Source: an uncultured Gammaproteobacteria bacterium (lineage in GTDB: Bacteria > Patescibacteriota > Patescibacteriia > JAHIZJ01). Taken from it: a DNA stretch of 64,000 nt. Position 1 is the stretch's first letter; each line of letters opens with the position of its first letter. Positions 20,412-30,227 of this stretch are shown here, in pieces. The position numbers were made by a program, and so were the translations under genes. Where the stretch lies: contig CAYJKP010000001.1 of the NCBI GenBank assembly GCA_964371245.1, forward strand, positions 53,128 to 117,127. The letters are read 5' to 3'. Under the pieces are notes generated by a model, which did not search any database, had not been told where the DNA came from, and worked only from the letters and a program-made list of their open reading frames with translations.

Positions 20412-21602
20412 TTATTTTTTTGAACTTACCGTCTGGGCGATGGGGAGTTTAATATAGAAATTAGAGCCTTTTTGCAACTCACTTTCAGCCCAGACCTTTC
20501 CATGATGACCCTCTATTATTTCTTTTACAATATACAAGCCCAAACCGCTACCGTCCGTATACATGGCCGTGGCGTTATCAGCGCGGGCGAATTTTCGGAA
20601 AAGCTTACCGACTTCATTCTTAGGGATACCGATGCCATTATCGCTGATCGTGACAATCAGGCTGTGACGTTCCGGTTTGAGCGAAACAGTAACGACGCCT
20701 TTTTGTTTCCGGGTAGCTCGCGCCTCTTTGACCATTACAGTGGAAGGCGTGTATTTCAGTGCGTTGCTAATCAGATTATAGACTGCCTGCTCGAGATATT
20801 TTCTATCACCCTGCATGACCGGCAGCGTGTCTGGTTTCTCCCAGTGTAAATTGATCTGCCGCTGCCTTGCTTCCATCAGCGAGTTCGTTACCGCTTCATC
20901 TACCACGTCTTCGAGCTGGATAAACGGCGTACTCGGTCTGATGGAAAATTTATTGCTGTCAAATTCTGAGGCGCAGAGAATATCATTAATGATCATTTCC
21001 AGCTTAATGCTTTTATCCTCTACGCCTTTTAGAAACTCGCGCTGTTTCTTTTTTGACAGATGGTCCATGTCACCTTCAAGCATCATCGAGATGACGCCCT
21101 TGATGACTGATACGGGCGTGCGCAGTTGATGGGAAGCGATATCGAGAAATTCCGACTGCGTTTTAAGCACTTTTTGCAGATGCTTATTTTTTTCGGTAAT
21201 ATCATGCGTCTGCTCCGTTACCTTCTGCTGCAGCGTTTCAGTAAAATCTTTTAAAGCGCTTTTTGCCTTTTTCTCGGAAAAATTGGCTTCGATTATGTTC
21301 TCCGTGCTTTTGTCGAAATAAAAACCATAAACGATTATGAGCACGAACAACGAAATTATCAGTGTTTTTGAAATGGTGCGCTCGATAGCAAAAGAGGTGA
21401 TGACCAGCAGGACAATTAAGATCATGCTGATCAATAGATAACGGGCGAACAAGCATTGATTAAAACGGGATTCGCAGTAGTGGCAGCGTTTCGAGGGTGG
21501 TCCGCCGACGTTTTTGGCCAGCCAGCAGTTGCGATTTACATACTGCGCACCGCCAATACCCTTATTATTAGACGGAATTTGTTGGTCGGTCGGCGCTGGC
21601 AC
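20412..21602 (-). CDS. Sensor histidine kinase with N-terminal 4-Cys motif
   Basis: ASHQLRTP, NLISNALKY, DNGIGI, GSGLGL; CW...CHYC...C before two TMs. Confidence 0.92.
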   Translation of the reverse strand: MPAPTDQQIPSNNKGIGGAQYVNRNCWLAKNVGGPPSKRCHYCESRFNQCLFARYLLISMILIVLLVITSFAIERTISKTLIISLFVLIIVYGFYFDKSTENIIEANFSEKKAKSALKDFTETLQQKVTEQTHDITEKNKHLQKVLKTQSEFLDIASHQLRTPVSVIKGVISMMLEGDMDHLSKKKQREFLKGVEDKSIKLEMIINDILCASEFDSNKFSIRPSTPFIQLEDVVDEAVTNSLMEARQRQINLHWEKPDTLPVMQGDRKYLEQAVYNLISNALKYTPSTVMVKEARATRKQKGVVTVSLKPERHSLIVTISDNGIGIPKNEVGKLFRKFARADNATAMYTDGSGLGLYIVKEIIEGHHGKVWAESELQKGSNFYIKLPIAQTVSSKK

Positions 21603-22032
21603 TGTCTTTTTTTATTAGTTTTTTAAAAAGAACATACATCAGAGCGGCCAGACAGATATTGGCGAAGCTGGCCAAAAGGGTTAGGAACGATACCAGCAAG
21701 TCGAGACCCCAGGCGAATGTACTGTAGGTATCATAATAGAGCAGGCCGAAGGAGAGCAGGAATAGAGCGGCCGTAAATCCATAGACAAACCGCAGTTCTC
21801 CAGGATCTTTGGTCACCGGGGAGACATTCTTTTTTAAAACCTTTTTTGAAAATAAACCGAAGAGTTGGTAAAGAATGTTAAGTTTCATTGAAAAGACGCC
21901 AAAGAAAAATAGCAGGCCGGTTATTAACACTAGCCAGATGTTGTGGATGAGAAAGGCCAGCAAGGCCAAGAAACCGCACGTGGCTCTGAAAAAATTCAAA
22001 GCGCGATTGTCGTAGATTGTGCATTGGGGCAT
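21568..22032 (-). CDS. DUF4395-like membrane protein
   Basis: D.RA..F start, DPGELRF, ANICLA; 4 TM. Confidence 0.7.
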   Translation of the reverse strand: MPQCTIYDNRALNFFRATCGFLALLAFLIHNIWLVLITGLLFFFGVFSMKLNILYQLFGLFSKKVLKKNVSPVTKDPGELRFVYGFTAALFLLSFGLLYYDTYSTFAWGLDLLVSFLTLLASFANICLAALMYVLFKKLIKKDSASADRPTNSV

Positions 22033-22090
22033 AGTTTGTTTTGTTTAAAAAATTATCAAAATAACAGATAGGTGGAAGCTAAGAAGCACG

Positions 22091-23422
22091 TCAATGTTTC
22101 AAGCAGTCTTTCACCGCCGCGCAGGCCTGCTGGACGTCACGAAGATCGTTGTAAATGTAAAAGCTCAGGCGGCAGCTGGCGGCCGGATCCAACCCGTAAT
22201 AGTGATGTGCCAGTGTGGCGCAGTGACAACCAGCTCGCGATTCCACGCCGCGCCGGCTTAATTCCTCGGCGATCGTAAACGGACTAATCCTATTATCGGT
22301 AAACGATACCAGCGAAGTTCTTTTTGCCGGATCTTTTGGTCCAAAAATGCGCAGCGAAGGTAATTGTTCCAGCAAATTCAAGCCCTCAGTAATCAACATC
22401 GTCTCGTGGTGTTCGACTCGTTTCATTGTTTCTTCAATATCGGCGGGCCGCAGATCCCTACCCGTCATAAAATATTCGGTTTTTCCTGGATGCAGGGCAA
22501 AGTCTAGCAAAAGGCGCAACGCCTGGGCTGAGATGATTGTTCCTAATATATTTGGCGTACCCGCCGTGAACTTCCAGGGCAGAGAGTTATACTCGACTTT
22601 CTCAGGGCTGACCATGCCCAGCGCAATCATGTCGCCGCCATAAAGAAAGGGCCGCATGGCTTTGAGCAGCTCGGTCCGGCCATAGAGCGCGCCGACTCCG
22701 AATGGCGCTAGCATTTTGTGGAAAGACCAAGCCAAAAAATCTGCCTTGAACTGATCAATATCTACAAACATATTTGGCACAAGTTGCGCGCCGTCGACAA
22801 GCAGGTAAGACTTTTTCTCGTCGCTCGGTTGGATATAACCGCTGGCATCGGCAATCTTCCTCACCTCGGCGAGCGGATTTTTCGTACCTAAGAAGTTAGA
22901 AGCGCCTACGCAACAGACTAGTTTCGTGCGAGAATCAACCAATGATTGTAAATGGCCGAGATCGAGTTCGCCTGTCTCTTTATCGAACTTGGCTAAACGG
23001 CACTCTACGCGGACGCCGAATTTCGGCAATATTTCTTTCGCGAGGCCATACCAGGGAACATAATTGGAGTTATGTTCCATAAAGGTTGTTACGATGTTGT
23101 CTCCATCCTTAAATTCCGTCAGTAGCGAATACATGACCGAATTGATGGCCTCGGTCGTATTGCGATAAAGAATGATGTTTTCTCGAGAGGGAGCGCCAAT
23201 AAATTGGGCGATAGTATCATAAGAAGCTTCAAAACTCTCAGTTATCTGCAGGGAGGCCTGGGATTGACCGCGATGCACGTTGTCGTATTGCGAACTCAGC
23301 TTCTTCAGAAGGTCAAACAACTGCTGCGGGGGTTGAGAGCTGGCGGCGTTATTCGTAAGAATTCGACCGGCTTTGATTGCCGGGAAAAATTTACGGATTT
23401 TTTTTGTGTCAATTGTTGTCAT
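22091..23422 (-). CDS. SufS-like (class V aminotransferase) cysteine desulfurase
   Basis: NVHRG, NTTEAIN, EHNSN, VDGAQ, SFHKM (PLP Lys), RAGCHCA. Confidence 0.9.
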   Translation of the reverse strand: MTTIDTKKIRKFFPAIKAGRILTNNAASSQPPQQLFDLLKKLSSQYDNVHRGQSQASLQITESFEASYDTIAQFIGAPSRENIILYRNTTEAINSVMYSLLTEFKDGDNIVTTFMEHNSNYVPWYGLAKEILPKFGVRVECRLAKFDKETGELDLGHLQSLVDSRTKLVCCVGASNFLGTKNPLAEVRKIADASGYIQPSDEKKSYLLVDGAQLVPNMFVDIDQFKADFLAWSFHKMLAPFGVGALYGRTELLKAMRPFLYGGDMIALGMVSPEKVEYNSLPWKFTAGTPNILGTIISAQALRLLLDFALHPGKTEYFMTGRDLRPADIEETMKRVEHHETMLITEGLNLLEQLPSLRIFGPKDPAKRTSLVSFTDNRISPFTIAEELSRRGVESRAGCHCATLAHHYYGLDPAASCRLSFYIYNDLRDVQQACAAVKDCLKH

Positions 23423-23555
23423 TTCGTTACCTGGGAATTGTTGCATTACTCATTCGCACCTTATATTTTAGCACATAATGCAATATTTTTCAAGTCGAAA
23501 TGATTAATTCTGTTTGTATTCAATCCTGGCGCATGTATTAGTATAAGTCGGAATA

Positions 23556-23587
23556 ACAAAACGGTGGTCGAAGCGGTTCGACCACCT
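23556..23587 (-). terminator. Intrinsic terminator
   Basis: GGTGGTCGAA/TTCGACCACC stem followed by TTTTGTT on the minus strand. Confidence 0.6.
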
Positions 23588-23604
23588 TATCGTACAAGAG
23601 CGCG

Positions 23605-24138
23605 TTACTTCAGATGCCGGCGCATCGGATGACACAGTCCGAAGACGGCCAGGGGCAGGCTGTACCAGGCACCATCCCCAGCCCGTGAGAGCAGCCAGAA
23701 CCCGACGAAGCCGAGCGGTACCATGCCGTACCAGAACGATCCATGGCGCTGCCAGTAGCTTATCCGGTACCCTTTTCTTCCGAAGAGCGAATAGGCCACC
23801 AGCGACACCAGTCCGACGAGCCACACGATCACGGCCAGGGCGACCGGCACGTGTGCCAGCGACGAATTCTCCTGGCTATGGAGAACCAGGAACCAGCCCC
23901 AGACGAGCATCCAGCAAGTTATTGCGTCCGTGCTGGTGTCGAGATACTTGCCGAACCTGGTCGCGACTTTGAGCCGGCGCGCCAGCCAGCCGTCGATGAC
24001 GTCCGTCAGGCTGGTGCCGAGAAAGAGCCACCAGGCTTCCGTCCAATCCAGCCGATGCATCGCCGCCACACATAGGGCGGCCATGGCCACACGGCTGAGC
24101 GTAATGGCTGTAACCGCCGATAGTGCAACTGCCCGCAT
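23605..24138 (-). CDS. CDP-alcohol phosphatidyltransferase family
   Basis: DVIDGWLAR...TRFGKYLDTSTD motif; AAGGAGG SD. Confidence 0.85.
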   Translation of the reverse strand: MRAVALSAVTAITLSRVAMAALCVAAMHRLDWTEAWWLFLGTSLTDVIDGWLARRLKVATRFGKYLDTSTDAITCWMLVWGWFLVLHSQENSSLAHVPVALAVIVWLVGLVSLVAYSLFGRKGYRISYWQRHGSFWYGMVPLGFVGFWLLSRAGDGAWYSLPLAVFGLCHPMRRHLK

Positions 24139-24186
24139 CGGAAACCTCCTCTTCTGTCCGGTTTGCGCACACCTAGTTTCCGCGAT

Positions 24187-24215
24187 ACTATAGTACTGGA
24201 TGAGGGGGAGGTCAA
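24187..24215 (-). promoter_or_regulatory. sigma70-type promoter
   Basis: TTGACC-17-TATAGT on the minus strand. Confidence 0.55.
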
Positions 24216-24264
24216 GAGGGGGAAGGTGAGTGAATCATAAAGTAACTAGTTATAAATAAAAGAT

Positions 24265-25218
24265 ATGAATTTTATAATAAAAAGAGAGTTTTTTACGAAT
24301 ATTGTGTTCGAGAAAGACATAGAATCAATTCCATGGGAGGGATGTTTGTTGTCGTTAATGGCAGATCCATCTACAATGCGTGATTATGAAATACGTATCA
24401 CCGGAACTGGTGATTATAAACCATTACTATCTGTCGATAAAACAAAACAATTATTAGAAACGTTAGACATAATAGCGTTTCATAGACAATCCTATATTGA
24501 GCTCGGCGACAATTATGCAATCTATAAAGAGGGCTTGGGCAAAACAAGAGGATTTGAATATTATCCATTTGAAGAATTAAATCCCTCAGGTAATTTAGTA
24601 AACGACGGTAGTATACCCGAGATAATTGATTTATCAGGCAAGCTTGTTAAAGAAGAAATTAAGAATGCTTTATGTTGGTATCGTCGTTCATTGTCAGTAA
24701 AATATGCATATGAATCATTGTTTTTTCATATTCTTGCTGTGGAAGCTTTAGCTGGTGATATAAAAATATATCCTAGGTGTTCGGAAAACGAGGAGATGAA
24801 GGAATGTATAAAACACCACTCGGTTAATAAAATACCTGTTACTAATAAGGATAAATTAAAAAATATTCTAGGAGAAGAAAAATACCGTTTGATTTATAAA
24901 AAACAAATTAGAAACAATTTATTTCATGGTAAATATGTTGATGAAAATGAATGCCATTCATTATTAGATGGTTTTTCTTTAAAAATTAGCGAGCATATAA
25001 AAAAAGAGCTAGGGTTAAGCGTTGCATTACAGAAACAACCGCGAAGTAAATATGCTTGGAAACGGCCAGGGAGGGCAATATGTTTATATGACACATTATT
25101 CCCAACTGAGTCTATTCCTAAAGATACTCCGACAATTGTCGAGTTAATAAATGCATATACAAATGGTTTTATTCCATTAGCACCAAAGAATATTCGTTTA
25201 AAAAGTGATGAAAAGTAG
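24265..25218 (+). CDS. AT-rich HEPN-domain protein (MauJ/ApeA-like)
   Basis: ALCWYRRSL, AVEAL, IRNNLFHG (RxxxxH); much more AT-rich than neighbours. Confidence 0.65.
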   Translation: MNFIIKREFFTNIVFEKDIESIPWEGCLLSLMADPSTMRDYEIRITGTGDYKPLLSVDKTKQLLETLDIIAFHRQSYIELGDNYAIYKEGLGKTRGFEYYPFEELNPSGNLVNDGSIPEIIDLSGKLVKEEIKNALCWYRRSLSVKYAYESLFFHILAVEALAGDIKIYPRCSENEEMKECIKHHSVNKIPVTNKDKLKNILGEEKYRLIYKKQIRNNLFHGKYVDENECHSLLDGFSLKISEHIKKELGLSVALQKQPRSKYAWKRPGRAICLYDTLFPTESIPKDTPTIVELINAYTNGFIPLAPKNIRLKSDEK

Positions 25219-25273
25219 TGCTTAAATTACTACGTCCGTCCCCTCCTCTTCCGCCGTGCATTAAACAACGCTT

Positions 25274-25636
25274 ATGTTAATCAAACATCTTTCCCAATGC
25301 CCCGAATTCATCGCCGGAGACAAGACATTGCTCCGTGAGCTGATCCATCCCGCAAATGACAAAGCGGCTATTCGTTACAGCCTGGCGCACTCGATCGTGA
25401 AAGCCGGCAATGCGTCCGTGGCGCACAGTTTGAAAACGACCGAAGTGTATTATATTCTCGAGGGCCAGGGCGTGATGCATATTAACGATGAAACCGCCGA
25501 AGTGTTCCCGGGCGATGCCGTGTATATCCCGCCAAACGCCACGCAATATATCGAGAATACCGGCGATAAGGATTTACTATTTCTCTGCATCGTCGATCCA
25601 GCCTGGCGGAAAGAGGATGAGAGCATAACACCATGA
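25274..25636 (+). CDS. Cupin domain protein
   Basis: HSL..TEVYYILEGQG, PGDAVYIPP. Confidence 0.88.
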   Translation: MLIKHLSQCPEFIAGDKTLLRELIHPANDKAAIRYSLAHSIVKAGNASVAHSLKTTEVYYILEGQGVMHINDETAEVFPGDAVYIPPNATQYIENTGDKDLLFLCIVDPAWRKEDESITP

Positions 25637-26130
25637 ACGGAATAACGAGAACAAAACTCGTGGCCATATCCCTGGCTAAATTTCCGATCATGTCAGTCAG
25701 GGGATTGCGCCGACTGCCTGACCGGGTGGGAAAAACATATACGGTCGATCAAGCCGGACAGTATACGATATTCCGGGAGACAGTCAACCGGCGGGTCAGG
25801 GGCGATGTGCCGATAGTGCTCGTGATCGGGTTCCGGCTAAAGCTGATCGGCTCAAAACCGTTATGGCACTGGCTATTCCAGCGCGTTTGTATCCTGACCA
25901 CGCCGTTCTGGTGCGGCCTGAAAGGCTTCAAGATAAAACTGTGGATGGTTGACCGAAAGACGAAGAACTATATGGGCATCTATGAGTGGCTGGGCGAGGA
26001 AAACGCGCGTGCCTATATTGATTTCCTGATTCCCATTTTGCGATTTTTTTCCATTCCCTCGACTATTTGGCACAAAACGCATAGCAACACGACCGTGGAT
26101 GATTCTTTGCGGAGGATCGAGGTCGGGTAA
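25633..26130 (+). CDS. Hypothetical protein, YdhR-like dimeric alpha/beta barrel
   Basis: GLKGFKIKLW...YMGIYEW. Confidence 0.6.
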   Translation: MNGITRTKLVAISLAKFPIMSVRGLRRLPDRVGKTYTVDQAGQYTIFRETVNRRVRGDVPIVLVIGFRLKLIGSKPLWHWLFQRVCILTTPFWCGLKGFKIKLWMVDRKTKNYMGIYEWLGEENARAYIDFLIPILRFFSIPSTIWHKTHSNTTVDDSLRRIEVG

Positions 26131-26401
26131 ACGTGAGCGCGGGCGCGGAGACCCGCGCTCGGAGGATATTGATTTTCTCAAAGCGCATCTCTCCGTGGAT
26201 GCGCGTAGTCAATTATTTGGCACACACCATCAATGACCCAGGTACAAAAAACCAAACCGATCGCACGCTCGAAAGCATGCGCTCGGTTGATACCAATAAT
26301 AATACCACCGAGCGAACCCTTTCTAGGTCGCATTAAATATTAATGTCCCAATTATTATAAAAATATGTTACAATTAATTCCTATTATTAATACTTGAAAA
26401 A

Positions 26402-27022
26402 ATGGAAAAACCCACAGTAGAGGTCGGCAAATCAATCGGCTACGGCTGGGAGACGGTCAAGAAAGATTTCTGGTATTTCGTCGGAATCGCCATCGTCGCG
26501 ATGGTGATCAGCGGTGTCGGCAGCAGCCGCGAAATCGGCCGGACCAGCTGGAATATCATCGGCCTGTTGTTATCGGCCTACATGATGTGCGGCTATATGA
26601 AAATAGTGCTGAGCTACCAGGCGGGCAAGAAATTGCCGTTCGGTGACCTGTTTATGCAGTGGAAGTACTACCTGCGGATTCTGGGCGCCCAGATATTACT
26701 CGGGATCATCATCGGCATCGGATTTATTTTATTGATCGTCCCCGGCATCTACCTGGCGCTGAGATACCAGTTTACCTTTTTGCTGATCATCGACCGGGAC
26801 CTCGGCATCGGCGCGGCCATGAACGAGAGCTCGAGACTGACGCAGGGCATAAAAATGTCGCTCCTGGGATTTGACCTGGCGTGCCTGGGGGTGGTGATTC
26901 TGGGCGCGATCGTGTTCGGCGTCGGGGTATTCGTGGCGACGCCGGTAGTCTGGCTGGCCACGGTGGCGCTCTACCGAAAACTGTCATCAGCGCAGCCCAG
27001 CCAGAACCAGCCCGCTGCCTAA
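26402..27022 (+). CDS. Integral membrane protein (DUF975-like)
   Basis: GFILLIVPGIY, AMNESSRLTQG. Confidence 0.75.
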   Translation: MEKPTVEVGKSIGYGWETVKKDFWYFVGIAIVAMVISGVGSSREIGRTSWNIIGLLLSAYMMCGYMKIVLSYQAGKKLPFGDLFMQWKYYLRILGAQILLGIIIGIGFILLIVPGIYLALRYQFTFLLIIDRDLGIGAAMNESSRLTQGIKMSLLGFDLACLGVVILGAIVFGVGVFVATPVVWLATVALYRKLSSAQPSQNQPAA

Positions 27023-27071
27023 AGAAGCCGGCGGTAACAGTAGCGAATATTTTATTTCTGATACGACAATA

Positions 27072-27254
27072 ATGCCAAACGGTATCAAACAAAATGGACC
27101 GGCGGGCGCGGTCTACGGCCTGGGCTTGATTGGCGCGGCCGTGTATTACATCGGCCACGCGGCCACCTTTTGGGTCGGGGTGCTCGGATTTCTGAAAGCC
27201 TTAGTTTGGCCGGCCATGCTGGTCTATCGCGCGCTTGAAGTCCTGTATCAATAG
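27072..27254 (+). CDS. Small conserved membrane protein
   Basis: YGLGLIGAAVYY...FW.GVLGFLKALVWPA. Confidence 0.75.
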   Translation: MPNGIKQNGPAGAVYGLGLIGAAVYYIGHAATFWVGVLGFLKALVWPAMLVYRALEVLYQ

Positions 27255-27264
27255 TAAACAGACA

Positions 27265-27299
27265 AAAAAGCCGCCCTCTTGGGGGCGGCTTTTCTTTTT
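27265..27299. terminator. Bidirectional terminator
   Basis: AAAAAAGCCGCC...GGCGGCTTTTC. Confidence 0.7.
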
Positions 27300-27312
27300 G
27301 TCTATTTTCAGT

Positions 27313-28467
27313 TTATTTCTTCTCTGGTGTTGCCGGCGGAGGCGTTGTCGTACCTTTTTTCTTGCGGGAGACAAGAATTATGACGACAATCAGAATCACG
27401 ATGATTACGCTACCTCCGATAATCAACATGGTTGTCGTGCTCATCCCTTCGTCCTTTGTGTCGGATTTGTCGGTATTTGTGGCGGCGGCGTTGGTCGCGG
27501 CAGTATTGGTGTTGCTATTTGCGACCACGGTATTCGTATTGGCGTTGGCATTGCCCGCGGTATTGGTGTTCACGACCACGGTACCGTTGGTATTGGCGTT
27601 GCCATTCACGACCACGGTATTGGTGTTCGTATTGGTCGGTGTGGTCAGGGCGAGGGAATAATCAACCAGCTGCGAGCTGCAACTGTCGTCGCAGTCGACT
27701 TTTACGTAGACGGGTGAATTTTGATCAGCGCTAAATGTGCTGGTCACGATCGCGCCCGCGTTGGCCGCATATTGTTGATCGACTTGCTGCCGTTGCGCGT
27801 CATAGACTGTCAGGATCATCTGCGCCGCGGCCGGAGGAGTCACTCTGATCTGGTAGGAACCGGTCTGGGTGGGCGTGAAAACGAACATGTCCGTGGAATC
27901 GTTGCCGATCTCGTAACCGCCGCCCAGGTGACCAGCATTCGTTCCGGCCGGCAGGGTCACGGCGCCTTCAAACGAACTCGGTGCGTCAACCGTCGAACCG
28001 GCGTCGTATTTATTATCCAGCGTCGCTGTCATGGCATAGGAAGTAACGCCCTCGTCGTCGGAGTCAATCATCAGATAGTACCGGCTTGAAGCCTGGCTGG
28101 AATCGACCAGCCACGAAACGGTCAGGGTGATTGAGGAATAATTCGCTTCAAATTTATTGACCAGTTCCTCGCGATCCTGTGAATACAACACGATCGAGCT
28201 GAGGGTGCCGTATGAGCTCACCGAATCGTTAAATGCCGTCCTGACGGTAATAAGCTGTCCCTGGCCGGCGGTAATGATGAAGTATTGTGGCGTGTCGGCA
28301 GCCAGCGCTCCGCCAGTGTAGTCGCCAGCTGGCAAGGACACGGCTGTATCAAAACTGTTTCCGCCGGTAATTGGCGTTTGAGCGTGGACCGTGCCGCCGA
28401 TCATCAGCAGTCCTCCCAGCATGAAAATAATGTACATTGCATACCTGACTGGTGCAAATCCTTTCAT
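27313..28467 (-). CDS. Surface protein: signal peptide, two PPC-like beta-sandwich repeats, Asn/Thr linker, C-terminal TM anchor
   Basis: GNSFDTAVSLPAG / PSSFEGAVTLPAG repeats; NTNT stretch; TM followed by RKKK. Confidence 0.75.
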   Translation of the reverse strand: MKGFAPVRYAMYIIFMLGGLLMIGGTVHAQTPITGGNSFDTAVSLPAGDYTGGALAADTPQYFIITAGQGQLITVRTAFNDSVSSYGTLSSIVLYSQDREELVNKFEANYSSITLTVSWLVDSSQASSRYYLMIDSDDEGVTSYAMTATLDNKYDAGSTVDAPSSFEGAVTLPAGTNAGHLGGGYEIGNDSTDMFVFTPTQTGSYQIRVTPPAAAQMILTVYDAQRQQVDQQYAANAGAIVTSTFSADQNSPVYVKVDCDDSCSSQLVDYSLALTTPTNTNTNTVVVNGNANTNGTVVVNTNTAGNANANTNTVVANSNTNTAATNAAATNTDKSDTKDEGMSTTTMLIIGGSVIIVILIVVIILVSRKKKGTTTPPPATPEKK

Positions 28468-28686
28468 AGTTTGTAAATTTACTTATCAATCCTACATAAA
28501 AAGTGTACAACGATGCAATGTGAGCGTCAAATATTGCTGCGTTATTTTTTCAATGGCGTCCATTATAATGTATGGTTCATAAATGGATTTATTGCGTCTT
28601 TTTCTTGCAAGCAGGTGATTTTAATAAAAAAGTGTTACAATACAGATACCTGAGGACAGGAATATCAAAAGTAAACAGGAGGCATT

Positions 28687-30225
28687 ATGAAAAAACCACT
28701 CTTCATCATTCTCGCGGTAATCATTTTAGCCGGCGCGGTTGTTGCTTTCCTCCGCTTTGGTTTGGGCGGGGATGAAGATACCTGGATTTGTTCGAATGGC
28801 CAATGGGTTAAGCACGGCAATCCCTCGGCTGCCAAACCGACAACCGGGTGCGGCCAGGCGGAAACAACGAATCAGAACGTAAACACGTCAAACAATACCA
28901 ATCTTCCGGTACCGAACGTCACCTACGCGACGAATACCGATCGAAGCCCGCTCTATGTTTTTGACACCGTCGATGAATGGACCTCGATCGCGCCCGAAGA
29001 AATACAAAAATCCGTGACGGCTGAACAGCGGCATGGGTATGAGATACAATATTTTGCCTCGAACACGGACGCGGTCACGTTTTCGGTCTCGGAAAAGAAA
29101 TCAACCGAGCTCATGAATATTGCGGCCATCGTGGCTGACGACCGGTCGGTTTCAAAAAATAATACGAGCGTTACCTGGCTTAATGAGCGTCTCGGCCAGA
29201 ACGATGCGCGAACCGAGTTGCGACAAGTTGTCGGTACGGCTGATTACACCGTGTATTCCCGCTATCTTATTGTTTCCTCGGCGGGCGGAGAAACGCGCTG
29301 GGCGCTGGCGGAAATCGGCGTACCGGCGGCCAAGAAAAACCAATATACCGGCGTGGTCGCGCACCTGCTCGACGCGCTCATGCTGGCAGACGGCTCGGCG
29401 AGCAATGTCGATCTCTCGGGGCAATTCAACTGGTCGACGATGAACCAAGGGCCGTACAACGATAAGGTTACCTATGCGACGAGCATCAATCTGACAAATT
29501 GGACAGCGTCAGGAAAAATACTGGCTGAACACGCGTCTGTGCCGGGCGCGGTGGTGAAAGATGGTACAATCTTCGCTTATTTCGTCGACGTCTCGCAGGA
29601 CGGCCTGAAAGAACAGCTCGGCCTGGTCAAATCGACCGACCAAGGTCTGACCTGGTCAGCACCGACGCGACTGACGATTTCCGGTCTCGGCGACAAAGCC
29701 ACAGCTGATCCGGCGCCGGTGCTGTTGGCTGACGGCCGCATCCGTCTTTTCTACTTTGACATCAATGAGTCGCGGATAAATAAGCCAGCGATCGGCACTG
29801 AACCGGTGAATACGATCTATTCGGCGATTTCCAATGACGGTATAAACTTCACTCAGGAAGCTGGCGTGCGGTTTCAGCGTCAGGGCGTATTTGACCCGGA
29901 CGTGGAATTGGTTAATAACACCTGGTACATGTACACCGGAGACGTTGAAAGCAATCAGGTGATTGTGGCTACGTCAACTGACGGTTTAACCTTTACAGAA
30001 AAAGGGGTTGCCTTTTCAGGCGGAGCCGTACCCGATGTCTGGTATGAAAGCGGCACCTGGTATCTCTATACCGCCGGAATTGGCATGGCCACCTCGACGA
30101 ACGGCGTAACCTTCACGGACGCGAGAGTGCGTTTCAGCGATCCTAATTATCAGGCGACAGCCGATCCGTCGGTGGTAAAACTCGCAAACGATTCATATTT
30201 GATGCTGTATAAAGTAAAACAATAG
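28687..30225 (+). CDS. Exported protein with C-terminal beta-propeller
   Basis: N-terminal TM, DTWICSNGQWVKHGNP, repeated STDG/SNDG Asp-box-like and ADP motifs. Confidence 0.75.
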   Translation: MKKPLFIILAVIILAGAVVAFLRFGLGGDEDTWICSNGQWVKHGNPSAAKPTTGCGQAETTNQNVNTSNNTNLPVPNVTYATNTDRSPLYVFDTVDEWTSIAPEEIQKSVTAEQRHGYEIQYFASNTDAVTFSVSEKKSTELMNIAAIVADDRSVSKNNTSVTWLNERLGQNDARTELRQVVGTADYTVYSRYLIVSSAGGETRWALAEIGVPAAKKNQYTGVVAHLLDALMLADGSASNVDLSGQFNWSTMNQGPYNDKVTYATSINLTNWTASGKILAEHASVPGAVVKDGTIFAYFVDVSQDGLKEQLGLVKSTDQGLTWSAPTRLTISGLGDKATADPAPVLLADGRIRLFYFDINESRINKPAIGTEPVNTIYSAISNDGINFTQEAGVRFQRQGVFDPDVELVNNTWYMYTGDVESNQVIVATSTDGLTFTEKGVAFSGGAVPDVWYESGTWYLYTAGIGMATSTNGVTFTDARVRFSDPNYQATADPSVVKLANDSYLMLYKVKQ

Positions 30226-30227
30226 CC

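Noticed and set aside
26133-26340. Short ORFs on both strands between the YdhR-like and DUF975-like genes
   Set aside because: No SD or motif support; cannot choose a frame.
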